Origin: Pseudolysinimonas sp.
GTDB taxonomy: Bacteria > Actinomycetota > Actinomycetes > Actinomycetales > Microbacteriaceae
DNA: 64,000 nucleotides
Direction of reading: 5' to 3'
Assembly (NCBI RefSeq): GCF_049651805.1
Contig: NZ_JBASCU010000005.1
Span: 8,280 to 72,279 of the forward strand
Positions 35,359-44,460 of this stretch are shown in pieces. The first letter of the stretch is position 1, and each line of letters begins with the position of its first letter. The notes under the pieces were generated by a model. The model saw nothing but the letters and a program-made list of their open reading frames with translations. It was not told the DNA's origin and did no database searches. The position numbers and the translations under genes were made by a program.

Positions 35359-37185
35359 GTGACTGCCACCCCCGAAGCCCCGCTCGACGTGCTGCGCCGC
35401 GTCTTCGGGTACGCCGACTTCCGCGGCGAGCAGGCGGCCATCATCGACCACGTCGTGGCGGGCGGGGATGCCCTCGTGCTCATGCCGACGGGCGGCGGCA
35501 AGTCGCTGTGCTACCAGATCCCCGCGCTGGTCCGGCCGGGCACGGGGGTCGTCATCTCGCCGCTCATCGCGCTCATGCAGGACCAGGTGGATGCGCTCTC
35601 GGCGGTCGGGGTGCGGGCGGCGTTCCTCAACTCGACGCAAGACGCGGCCGAGCGGCATCGCGTCGAGTCGGAGCTACTCGCCGGCAACGTCGACCTGCTC
35701 TACCTTGCGCCGGAGCGGCTGAAGTTGCAGCAGACCCTCGCGCTGCTCGACCGCGTGGATGTCGGGGTGTTCGCGATCGACGAGGCGCATTGCGTGTCGC
35801 AGTGGGGCCACGACTTTCGGCCCGACTACCTCGCGCTGTCAGTGCTGCATGAGCGCTGGCCGGCAGTGCCGCGCATCGCGCTCACGGCGACGGCGACGCA
35901 AGTCACCCGCAAGGAGATCGCCGAGCGGCTCGACCTCGCGGGGGCGCGGCAGTTCGTGTCGTCGTTCGACCGCCCCAACATCCAGTACCGCATCGATCCG
36001 AAGAATCAGCCGTTCGGGCAGTTGCTGTCGCTGCTGAAGAGCGAGCACCCGGGCGACGCGGGCATCGTCTACTGCCTGTCGCGGGCGAGCGTCGAGAAGA
36101 CCGCCGACGCGCTTGTGGCGGAAGGCATCCCGGCGCTGCCGTATCACGCGGGTCTCAATGCGCAGGTACGCTCGCGCAACCAGTCGCGGTTCCTGCGCGA
36201 AGACGGCATTGTCATGGTCGCGACGATCGCGTTCGGCATGGGCATCGATAAGCCCGACGTGCGATTCGTCGCCCACCTCGATCTGCCGAAGAGCGTCGAG
36301 GGGTACTACCAAGAGACGGGTCGCGCGGGCCGCGACGGCCTGCCGTCGACGGCGTGGCTGGCCTACGGCCTGCAAGACGTCGTGCAACAGCGCCGCATGA
36401 TCGACGAGGGTGAGGGCGACCGGGCGCACAAGCAGCGCATGGGCCAGCATCTGGATGCGATGCTCGCCCTGTGCGAGACGGTGTCGTGCCGCCGGCAGCA
36501 GCTTCTCAGCTACTTCGGCCAGCAGAGTGAGGCGTGCGGCAACTGCGACACCTGTCTACAACCGCCGGAAGCATGGGACGGCACGGTGCCCGCGCAGAAG
36601 CTGCTCTCCACCGTCGTGCGACTGCAGCGCGAGCGCAATCAGTGGTTCGGGGCCGGGCAACTCATCGACATCCTGCTCGGCAAGGAGACCGACCGCGTGC
36701 GCTCGAACCGGCACGACGAACTGACGACCTTCGGCATCGGCACTGAGCTGGGTGATCAGGAGTGGCGCGGTGTCGTGCGGCAGTTGCTCGCGCAGGGGCT
36801 GCTCGCGGTGAGCTCCGACGGCTACGGAACGCTCGTCATCGCCCCCGCCGCGGCCGAGGTGCTCGATGGCTCCCGCCGGGTGATGCTGCGCCGCGAGCCC
36901 GAGCGCAAGGCCAAGGTGTCGAAGCAGCGCGCCGGGGTGGAACTGCCGGATGCCGCCCGCGGCCTGTTTGAACGGCTGCGGGAGTGGCGGGCGGGCGTCG
37001 CGCGCGAGCAGGGGGTTCCTGCCTACATCGTGTTTGGCGACGCGACACTCCGCGGCATCGCGGTGACGAAGCCGACCTCGCTCGAACAACTCGGCACCAT
37101 CAGCGGCGTCGGCGAGAAGAAGCTCGAGGCCTACGGCGACGGCGTGCTCGAGGTTGTCGCGGCGGCCGAGGTCACGGCGGCGTGA
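35359..37185 (+). CDS. recQ: ATP-dependent DNA helicase RecQ
   Basis: FGYADFRGEQAAII, PTGGGKSLCYQIP, DEAHCVSQWGHDFRP, zinc-finger Cys cluster, C-terminal HRDC. Confidence 0.93.
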   Translation: MTATPEAPLDVLRRVFGYADFRGEQAAIIDHVVAGGDALVLMPTGGGKSLCYQIPALVRPGTGVVISPLIALMQDQVDALSAVGVRAAFLNSTQDAAERHRVESELLAGNVDLLYLAPERLKLQQTLALLDRVDVGVFAIDEAHCVSQWGHDFRPDYLALSVLHERWPAVPRIALTATATQVTRKEIAERLDLAGARQFVSSFDRPNIQYRIDPKNQPFGQLLSLLKSEHPGDAGIVYCLSRASVEKTADALVAEGIPALPYHAGLNAQVRSRNQSRFLREDGIVMVATIAFGMGIDKPDVRFVAHLDLPKSVEGYYQETGRAGRDGLPSTAWLAYGLQDVVQQRRMIDEGEGDRAHKQRMGQHLDAMLALCETVSCRRQQLLSYFGQQSEACGNCDTCLQPPEAWDGTVPAQKLLSTVVRLQRERNQWFGAGQLIDILLGKETDRVRSNRHDELTTFGIGTELGDQEWRGVVRQLLAQGLLAVSSDGYGTLVIAPAAAEVLDGSRRVMLRREPERKAKVSKQRAGVELPDAARGLFERLREWRAGVAREQGVPAYIVFGDATLRGIAVTKPTSLEQLGTISGVGEKKLEAYGDGVLEVVAAAEVTAA

Positions 37186-37745
37186 TCCGCACCGCACGGC
37201 TCGTGCTGCGCAATTGGCGCGACGCGGATCGCGACGACTGGGCGGCGATGAACGCCGACCCGCAGGTGATGGAGTTCTTTCCGTCGACGCTCGACCGGGT
37301 GCAGTCAAATGCCTTGTTCGATCGGTTCCAAGCGGCGGTGACGACGCGTGGCTGGGGGCTGTGGGCTGTGGAGCACGAAGGCCGGTTCCTCGGCTTCACG
37401 GGGCTCAACCCGGTGGGGTTCGAGGCGCCGTTCACCCCGGCGATTGAGATCGGCTGGCGGCTGCGGCGGGATTCCTGGGGCCACGGCTTCGCGACCGAGG
37501 CGGCCGTCGCCGCGGCGAGTTTCGCGTTCGACACCCTCGGCGTCCCCGAGCTGGTGTCGTTCACGAGCGTCGGCAACGCGCGGTCGCGCGCCGTGATGGA
37601 GCGCCTGGGCATGACCTGTGATCCCATCGACGACTTCGACCACCCGAACGTCGCGATCGGGAGCCCCCTGCGCCGCCACGTGCTGTATCGGCTCGAGAGC
37701 AAGAGGCTCGCCAGATCGATGACCCCCGATAGCGTTCCTTCATGA
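37182..37745 (+). CDS. GNAT family N-acetyltransferase (RimJ/RimL-like)
   Basis: GTGA overlap with the recQ stop. IRTARLVLRNWRDADRDDW N-terminus. Confidence 0.8.
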   Translation: MIRTARLVLRNWRDADRDDWAAMNADPQVMEFFPSTLDRVQSNALFDRFQAAVTTRGWGLWAVEHEGRFLGFTGLNPVGFEAPFTPAIEIGWRLRRDSWGHGFATEAAVAAASFAFDTLGVPELVSFTSVGNARSRAVMERLGMTCDPIDDFDHPNVAIGSPLRRHVLYRLESKRLARSMTPDSVPS

Positions 37746-38611
37746 CCTTCAACGACGACGCGAACATCAGCGGCGGGCGCGTCTCCCGGCGCGGGCGCAA
37801 CACCGCCATCGGCGCGGGTGGTGGCGGGCTCGTCGTGATCGCGCTTTTCGTCGTCTCGCAGCTGACGGGCTTCGACCTCTCGGGGCTCGCGCCCTTCCTC
37901 GGCGGCGGCGAGCCGACAGTCGAAGAGACGTCGCTCGACTACTGCGACACAGGCGAAGAGGCGAACGAGATCCTCGACTGCCGGATGAAGGGGGCGGCGA
38001 CCTCTCTCGACCTCTACTGGGAAACCCAGGTCGAGGGTTACGTTGCACCCCAGCTCATCCTCTTCAGCGGCTCCGTCGGCACGGGATGCGGCAACGCCAC
38101 GAGCGCCGTCGGCCCGTTCTACTGTCCGCCCGACCAGACCGTGTACATCGACACCGCGTTCTTCGACCAGCTGCAGACGCAGTTCGGGGCGACCGGCCAG
38201 AGCCTGGCCCAGATGTACATCGTCGCCCACGAGTGGGGCCACCACATCCAGAACATCGTCGGCACCATGAACGGGCTCGACCTGCAAGATCAGGGACCGA
38301 CCTCCGACGGGGTGCGGCTCGAGCTGCAGGCGGACTGCTACGCGGGCGCCTGGGTGGCCGCGTCGAGCGACACCGAGGATTCGAGCGGCATCGCCCTTCT
38401 GAAGGAACCGACGGATGCCGAGATCGCCGATGCACTCAACGCGGCGGAGGTCGTCGGGGATGACTACATCCAAGAGAACCTCGGCAGTGGCCAGGTGAAC
38501 CCCGAGACCTGGACGCACGGCTCGAGCGAGCAGCGCCAGTCGTGGTTCCGCACTGGATTCACCCAGGGCGTCGGGGCCTGCGACACGTTCGCAACGGGAG
38601 TGCAACTGTAG
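37742..38611 (+). CDS. membrane-anchored neutral zinc metallopeptidase (YpfJ-like)
   Basis: ATGA overlap with the GNAT gene. N-terminal TM helix and HEWGHH zinc motif. Confidence 0.8.
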   Translation: MTFNDDANISGGRVSRRGRNTAIGAGGGGLVVIALFVVSQLTGFDLSGLAPFLGGGEPTVEETSLDYCDTGEEANEILDCRMKGAATSLDLYWETQVEGYVAPQLILFSGSVGTGCGNATSAVGPFYCPPDQTVYIDTAFFDQLQTQFGATGQSLAQMYIVAHEWGHHIQNIVGTMNGLDLQDQGPTSDGVRLELQADCYAGAWVAASSDTEDSSGIALLKEPTDAEIADALNAAEVVGDDYIQENLGSGQVNPETWTHGSSEQRQSWFRTGFTQGVGACDTFATGVQL

Positions 38612-38739
38612 AACTGCTCCGAACCTGAGCAGCCCAGCTTGTAGAGCATCGACAACTCTCGCGGCTGCCCGACGCGGTCGGTTCGTAGCCCTCGACGACG
38701 ATTCCGCGCGCCTCGGCACCCCCGACGTACCGTGAGAAC

Positions 38740-40773
38740 ATGACGGATCTTACTGACCGCGCTGCCGCGGTGACTCCCGGTGGACAAGTGCGTGTCGATG
38801 TCGCTGCGTTGGGTGAGACCCTGCTCGGCCGCTGGAAGGACGTGCGCCTCGCATCGCGCGAGCTGATGAAGCGCGACGACTTCCACCAGATTCCCGGGCA
38901 GTCGATGGCGGAGCACCGCGAGCGCGTACTCGGCCAGTTGAAGAAGCTGGTCGACGAGCGCACCGTACTGCGGGCGTTCCCGAAGCGGCTCGGCGGGTTC
39001 GACGACCACGGCGGCAACCTGGCCCAGTTCGAAGAGATCGCGATCGCCGACCCGTCGCTGCAGATCAAGTCGGGCGTGCAGTGGGGCCTCTTCGCCGCCG
39101 CGATCATGCACCTCGGCACCGAGCACCACCACGACAACTTCCTGCCCGGCGCGATGAGCCTCGCCGTGCCCGGCGCCTTCGCGATGACCGAGACCGGTCA
39201 CGGCTCGGATGTCGCGAGCATCGGCACGACGGCCACCTACGACCCCGAGACCGACGAGTTCGTCATCGACACCCCGTTCCGCGCGGCCTGGAAGGACTAC
39301 CTCGGCAACGCGGCGCTGCACGGCCAGGCGGCGGTCGTGTTCGCCCAGCTCATCGTCGGCGGGGTCAACCACGGCGTGCACGCCCTGTACGTGCCCATCC
39401 GCGACGGCAAGGACTTCCTGCCCGGCATCGGCGGCGACGACGACGGGCTCAAGGGCGGGCTCAACGGAATCGACAACGGCCGGCTGCACTTCACCGGCGT
39501 GCGGGTTCCGCGCACCAACCTGCTCAACCGCTACGGCGACGTCGACGAGAACGGTGTCTACACCTCGAGCATCCCGAGCGCCGGTCGCCGCTTCTTCACG
39601 ATGATCGGCACGCTCGTCCAGGGCCGGGTCTCGCTCGACGGCTCCGCGGTCGTCGCGAGCAAGCTCGCCATGAAGATCGCGATCACCTACGCCGGCGAGC
39701 GGAGGCAGTTCGCCGACGGTCCGCACGGCGAAGAGATCGTGCTTCTCGACTACCAGCGCCACCAGCGCCGGCTGCTCACCCGCCTCGCGACGACCTACGC
39801 GATGTCGTTCGCCCACGAACGGCTGCTCGAGTCCTTCCACGCCGTCTTCAGCGGCGAGAAGGCGACGGATGCCGACCGCCAGGAGCTCGAAACCCTCGCC
39901 GCCGCGCTGAAGTCATTCTCCACCTGGTCGACCCTCGACATCCTTCAGGAGTCGCGCGAGGCGTGCGGCGGCGCCGGGTTCCTCGCCGAGAATCGGCTGA
40001 CGCACCTCCGGCAGGATTTCGACATCTACGTCACTTTCGAGGGTGACAACAACGTGCTGCTGCAATTGGTCGCCAAACGCCTGCTCGCCGACTACGCGAA
40101 GGGCTTCAAGAACGCGGATGCCGCAGCAATTGCCGGCTTGGTCGCCGCGCAGGTGGGCGAGGTGGCGATCAACCGTTCGGGTCTGCGGTCGTTCGTGCAG
40201 AGCTTCGCCGACTTCGGATCCCGCGCCCGGTCGATCGGGTTCGTGCGCGGCCCCGGCGCCCAGCGGCAGTTGCTCACCGACCGGGTGCACACGATGGTCG
40301 CCGAGATCGCCGGCCGCCTGAAAGGAGTCGCGAAGCTGCCTCCACTCAAAGCCGCGGCGCTTTTCAACGCGAACCAGAACGAGCTGATCGAGGCCGCCTA
40401 CGCGCACGCCGAGCTGCTCGAGTGGGAGGCGTTCACCGACGCCGTCGACGCCACCACCGACCCCGGCACCAAGCAGGTGCTCACCTGGCTGCGCGACCTT
40501 TTCGGGTTCACGCTGGTCGAGAAGCATGCGGCCTGGTATCTGATCAATGGGCGGCTCTCAACGGCCCGTGCTGTCGCGATCACCGACTACATCGACGACC
40601 GCCTGCTGCCGAGGCTGCGCACGCACGCGCTCGATCTCGTGGATGCCTTCGGCTTCGCGCCGGAGCACCTGCGTGCGCCGATCGCGACCGGCGCCGAGAA
40701 GCAGCGGCAGGATGAGGCGCGCGCCTACTACGCCGACCTGAAGGCGTCGGGCAAGGCCCCCGCATCGGAGTAG
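38740..40773 (+). CDS. acyl-CoA oxidase/dehydrogenase family protein
   Basis: 677 aa. FAMTETGHGSDV motif and an ACOX-like C-terminal extension. Confidence 0.85.
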   Translation: MTDLTDRAAAVTPGGQVRVDVAALGETLLGRWKDVRLASRELMKRDDFHQIPGQSMAEHRERVLGQLKKLVDERTVLRAFPKRLGGFDDHGGNLAQFEEIAIADPSLQIKSGVQWGLFAAAIMHLGTEHHHDNFLPGAMSLAVPGAFAMTETGHGSDVASIGTTATYDPETDEFVIDTPFRAAWKDYLGNAALHGQAAVVFAQLIVGGVNHGVHALYVPIRDGKDFLPGIGGDDDGLKGGLNGIDNGRLHFTGVRVPRTNLLNRYGDVDENGVYTSSIPSAGRRFFTMIGTLVQGRVSLDGSAVVASKLAMKIAITYAGERRQFADGPHGEEIVLLDYQRHQRRLLTRLATTYAMSFAHERLLESFHAVFSGEKATDADRQELETLAAALKSFSTWSTLDILQESREACGGAGFLAENRLTHLRQDFDIYVTFEGDNNVLLQLVAKRLLADYAKGFKNADAAAIAGLVAAQVGEVAINRSGLRSFVQSFADFGSRARSIGFVRGPGAQRQLLTDRVHTMVAEIAGRLKGVAKLPPLKAAALFNANQNELIEAAYAHAELLEWEAFTDAVDATTDPGTKQVLTWLRDLFGFTLVEKHAAWYLINGRLSTARAVAITDYIDDRLLPRLRTHALDLVDAFGFAPEHLRAPIATGAEKQRQDEARAYYADLKASGKAPASE

Positions 40774-40778
40774 CAGCG

Positions 40779-41468
40779 TTACGCCGGCAGGGCCGCCGCG
40801 ACGAGGGCGGCGAGTTGTGCCGGCTTGCTCAGCATCGGCCAGTGCCCGGTCGGGAGTTCGACGATCTCGAAGTTCTTCACGGCGGCGAGTTCGGCGACGT
40901 AGGGATGTTGCTTCGCCATGAGCTCGCGCAGGGTCGCCTCCGACATCTCGCACGTGATCACCGTGACCGGCACGTCGTAGCGGCGGGGATCGGAGAGCAC
41001 CTGCTTCTCGGTCGCCACCTTCTCGGGGATCGGCAGCGCGCGCGCCGCGAAGGCCGCCCAGCGCTCATCGTCCATGTCGACGACCGTCTCGTCGTCGAAT
41101 TCTTCGCGGGGCGGCAAGGGCACCATCCCGTCGACGGCCGTGAACTCGTCGTTGATCAATCCGCCGTCGCCGAGCGGCCCCGAATCGACGTAGATCACCT
41201 TCGCAATACGCTTGGGTCGCGCATCCACGACGGCGTGCGCAACCGCGCCGCCACCCGAATGCCCGACGAGCACGACCGGGCCGGTCGTGGCATCCACGAG
41301 CCCGATGACGAAGTCGACCTGATCGCGCAGCCCCACCTCGGGGTCGGCGGGCTTCAAGCCCGGCAGCGTGATGGGTTTCGGCTCGTGACCCGCCGCGCGC
41401 ACGGCGGGAATGATGTCGTCCCACGCAGAGGAGTCGAGCCAGAAGCCGGGAATGAGGATGACGTCCAT
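40779..41468 (-). CDS. alpha/beta hydrolase
   Basis: 229 aa, nucleophile elbow GHSGGG. Confidence 0.8.
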   Translation of the reverse strand: MDVILIPGFWLDSSAWDDIIPAVRAAGHEPKPITLPGLKPADPEVGLRDQVDFVIGLVDATTGPVVLVGHSGGGAVAHAVVDARPKRIAKVIYVDSGPLGDGGLINDEFTAVDGMVPLPPREEFDDETVVDMDDERWAAFAARALPIPEKVATEKQVLSDPRRYDVPVTVITCEMSEATLRELMAKQHPYVAELAAVKNFEIVELPTGHWPMLSKPAQLAALVAAALPA

Positions 41469-41503
41469 CGCTCCAGGGTAGGCAGCACCCCCGTCACGGG
41501 CCC

Positions 41504-41548
41504 TTGACGGTCTGACGCTGCCGCCTTATAGTTCACACTATTGTGAAC
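41504..41548 (+). promoter_or_regulatory. promoter (TTGACG-17-TATAGT) and 18-bp dyad overlapping the ArsR start codon
   Basis: TTGACG 41504-41509, TATAGT 41527-41532, dyad GTTCACActatTGTGAAC 41531-41548. The GTG start at 41543 lies inside the dyad. Confidence 0.5.
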
Positions 41549-41908
41549 CATCAAGAGGACGACGAGAGGCTCGACGCCGTATTCGCGGCGCTGGCGAGTC
41601 CACATCGTCGCCGCGTCGTCGACGTGCTCGCGTCGCAGCCCGCTTCGATCCAGCAGGTCGCCGAGCAGGTGGGGCTCTCGTTGACGGCCATCAACCGCCA
41701 CCTCGCCGTCCTTGAGGCCGCCGGGCTCATCCGCCGACTCAAGAGCGGACGGGTCAACTTCCTGGCCGTGCGCCGCGAGGGGTTGCTCGCCGTCCGCCGC
41801 TGGCTGGACGGCTACAGCCCGCACTGGGGCTCGGACACCGAGACCCTCGAGAACTACGTGGCCGCGATCACGCGTACACCGGCGAACAAGAAGGAGAGCA
41901 CCCCGTGA
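41543..41908 (+). CDS. ArsR/SmtB family transcriptional regulator
   Basis: LASPHRRRVVDVLASQPASIQQVAEQVGLSLTAINRHLAVLEAAGLI winged helix. Confidence 0.85.
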   Translation: MNHQEDDERLDAVFAALASPHRRRVVDVLASQPASIQQVAEQVGLSLTAINRHLAVLEAAGLIRRLKSGRVNFLAVRREGLLAVRRWLDGYSPHWGSDTETLENYVAAITRTPANKKESTP

Positions 41909-42195
41909 AGAAGTTCATGTTCCTCTACAAGGGTTACGTGACCCCGACCCCAGAGATCGGTGACGCGTGGATGTCGTGGTTTGCGTCGATGGGTGACCGG
42001 ATGATCGACAGCGGCAATCCCATGAGCGGTGGAGCGGAGGTTACCCCGCAGGGGGTCCAGCCGATCGAAACGGGCCTCGAGTCTCTGTCGGGCTACTCGA
42101 TTCTCAACGCCGAGTCAGCCGATGAGGCGATCGCCCTCGCGAAGACGAACCCGATGATCACCAGCGTGATCGTCTACGAGCTCGCGCGGATGTGA
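41905..42195 (+). CDS. small YciI-like/dimeric alpha-beta-barrel-type protein (uncertain)
   Basis: 96-aa ORF MKKFMFLYKGY with a 4-nt overlap to the ArsR gene. Family call is weak. Confidence 0.45.
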   Translation: MKKFMFLYKGYVTPTPEIGDAWMSWFASMGDRMIDSGNPMSGGAEVTPQGVQPIETGLESLSGYSILNAESADEAIALAKTNPMITSVIVYELARM

Positions 42196-42213
42196 GCGCA
42201 CCGACCGATCCGG

Positions 42214-42930
42214 TCAGACGACGCCGGACACTCCCAACAACGTTCCGATGAGGAACGTCGCGCCGAGGGCGAGCGCCCCGCCGATCACGACCCGCAGGGT
42301 GGGCCGCAGCCACGGACTGCCGCCGATCCACGCGCTCACGGCTCCCGTGGCGGCGAGGGCGGCGAGCACGGCGACGAAGGTGAGCGGGATGCGCACCGGC
42401 TCCGGCAGCAGCAGGATCGCGGCGAACGGCAGCAGACCGCCGACCGTGAACGCCGCCGCCGAGGCGCCCGCAGCCTGCCAGGGACTGACGACATCCTCTT
42501 CCCGGATGCCGAGCTCGGCGTCGAGGTGAGCGGCGAGCGCGTCGTGGGTCGTGAGCTCGATCGCCACCTGCCGGGCGGTCGCGGGGGACATGCCCTTGGC
42601 GGCGTAGAGGCCGGCCAGCTCGTCGAGCTCCTCGTCGGGCATGTCGCGCAGCTCGCGGGTCTCCTTGGCGATGAGCGCGCGCTGGCTGTCGCGTTGGCTG
42701 CTCACCGACACGTACTCCCCGAGCGCCATCGAGACGGCGCCGCCGACGAGGCCGGCGGCACCGGCGGTGAGAATCGGGGCGAACGCGGGAGTCGCACCTG
42801 CGACACCGACGACGATCGCCGCGACCGACACGATGCCGTCGTTCGCGCCGAGCACGCCGGCGCGCAGCCAGTTGAGGCGGCTCGCGAGTCCGTTGCCGTG
42901 CGGCTCGTCGGGATGCTGGGCGTCGTGCAT
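42214..42930 (-). CDS. VIT1/CCC1 family iron/manganese transporter
   Basis: RLNWLRAGVLGANDGIVSVAAIVVGVAGA motif and C-terminal TM bundle. Confidence 0.88.
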   Translation of the reverse strand: MHDAQHPDEPHGNGLASRLNWLRAGVLGANDGIVSVAAIVVGVAGATPAFAPILTAGAAGLVGGAVSMALGEYVSVSSQRDSQRALIAKETRELRDMPDEELDELAGLYAAKGMSPATARQVAIELTTHDALAAHLDAELGIREEDVVSPWQAAGASAAAFTVGGLLPFAAILLLPEPVRIPLTFVAVLAALAATGAVSAWIGGSPWLRPTLRVVIGGALALGATFLIGTLLGVSGVV

Positions 42931-43063
42931 CCGCCCAGCACACCACGTCGGGCACGACCTCGCTAGCTCGGTGCGAGCCGCCGCGCAAGCCCTTCTGTGC
43001 GTCAGCAGGCCCTACGTACCGTGAGGTCTCCGGCCTTTCATCGACGAGAGACGAGGTAGCGCC

Positions 43064-43567
43064 ATGACCGACACCCCACTTCGACGGGCGAAGCGACCCG
43101 CCACCCCGATCGCGGGGCCGTACGGGCATCCGTTCCATCCGATGCTCGTCACGGTGCCGATCGGGGCCTGGCTGATGGCCGTGATCTTCGACATCGTCGC
43201 CTTCGCCGGCGACGACCCCGCGGCGTTCACGACCGGCGCGCGATGGCTCTATGGCCTCGGGGTGCTCGCCGCCGTCGTCGCGGCCGTGTTCGGGCTGCTC
43301 GACTACACGCGCCTCACGCCGGGAACCCGCGCTCGCAAGATCGCCACCACCCACCTGGTGCTCAACCTCACCGCCGTCGTGATCTTCACGGCCGCGTGGG
43401 CGGTGCACCTCGGCAGCGACGACCCGTCCGCGCTCGGACTCGTGCTGGGCATCATCGGACTGCTGGGTCTGGGAGTCTCCGGGTTCCTCGGCGGTGAGCT
43501 GGTGTACCGACACGGCGTGCGGGTGGCCGACGAAACGGATCAGGCCGGCGCTCACGAGTCGGCCTGA
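43064..43567 (+). CDS. DUF2231 domain membrane protein
   Basis: HPFHPMLVTVPIGAW motif, four TM segments. Confidence 0.7.
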   Translation: MTDTPLRRAKRPATPIAGPYGHPFHPMLVTVPIGAWLMAVIFDIVAFAGDDPAAFTTGARWLYGLGVLAAVVAAVFGLLDYTRLTPGTRARKIATTHLVLNLTAVVIFTAAWAVHLGSDDPSALGLVLGIIGLLGLGVSGFLGGELVYRHGVRVADETDQAGAHESA

Positions 43568-43569
43568 GC

Positions 43570-44460
43570 ATGCGCCGACGCCTCGATGCGTCGACGGTCG
43601 TCGTGATCGTGGGCGCATCGAGCGGCATCGGGCGGGCCGCCGCTCTGCGGTTCGCGCGTCACGGGTGTCGCCTCGTGCTGGCCGCGCGGAGCCGGTCGAG
43701 CCTCACCGAGGTGGCCGATCAGTGCGTCGGATTTGGGGCCGAGGCGGGCATCGTGGTGGCCGACATCACGCGACCGGGTGAGGTGGAGCGCATCGCCGAC
43801 GAGGCACAGCGTCGGTTCGGTCGCATCGACGTGTGGGTGGCCGCCGCCAGCGTGTTCGGCTACGGCGAGATCGACCGGATGCCGGCCGCCGAGGCCCGCG
43901 CGATCATCGACACCAATCTGCACGGCACCATCGACCAGGTGCGGGCCGCACTTCCCGCCCTCCGGGGTTCCGGTGGGGTGGTCGTGATCGTCGGGTCGGT
44001 GTTCTCCGCCCTCGCCAGCCCTTACGTGTGGGCGTACGTGGCGAGCAAGCACGCGGTCGCGGGCTTCGCGGCCTCGGTGCGCCAAGAGCTGCGTCGCGGC
44101 CCACATCCGGTGGATGTGGCGATGATCTGGCCCGCAACGACCGACACCCCCATCTACCAGCACGCTGCCAACCGCACCGGTCGCAGCATCCACCCCATCC
44201 CGCCGGCCGTCGAACCCGACCGCGTCGCGCGTGCCATCGTCCGGGCGTCAGTGCGCCCGCGGCGGCGGCGGGTCGTCGGTATGGTTCAGGGGTCGTTCCT
44301 CGCTCTTCACGCCGTGGCCCCTGGCGTCGCCGACCGGGTCCTCGCCGTCACGATGAGTCGCCTCGGGTTGCGCCGACCGCCGATGCCTCCGACCTCGGGA
44401 ACGGTGGAGGCGCCCGACCCGCGGTCGAATGCGATCACCGGGGGGTGGCGCCAGCGGTGA
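43570..44460 (+). CDS. SDR family oxidoreductase
   Basis: VGASSGIG cofactor motif and YVASK catalytic motif. Confidence 0.88.
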   Translation: MRRRLDASTVVVIVGASSGIGRAAALRFARHGCRLVLAARSRSSLTEVADQCVGFGAEAGIVVADITRPGEVERIADEAQRRFGRIDVWVAAASVFGYGEIDRMPAAEARAIIDTNLHGTIDQVRAALPALRGSGGVVVIVGSVFSALASPYVWAYVASKHAVAGFAASVRQELRRGPHPVDVAMIWPATTDTPIYQHAANRTGRSIHPIPPAVEPDRVARAIVRASVRPRRRRVVGMVQGSFLALHAVAPGVADRVLAVTMSRLGLRRPPMPPTSGTVEAPDPRSNAITGGWRQR

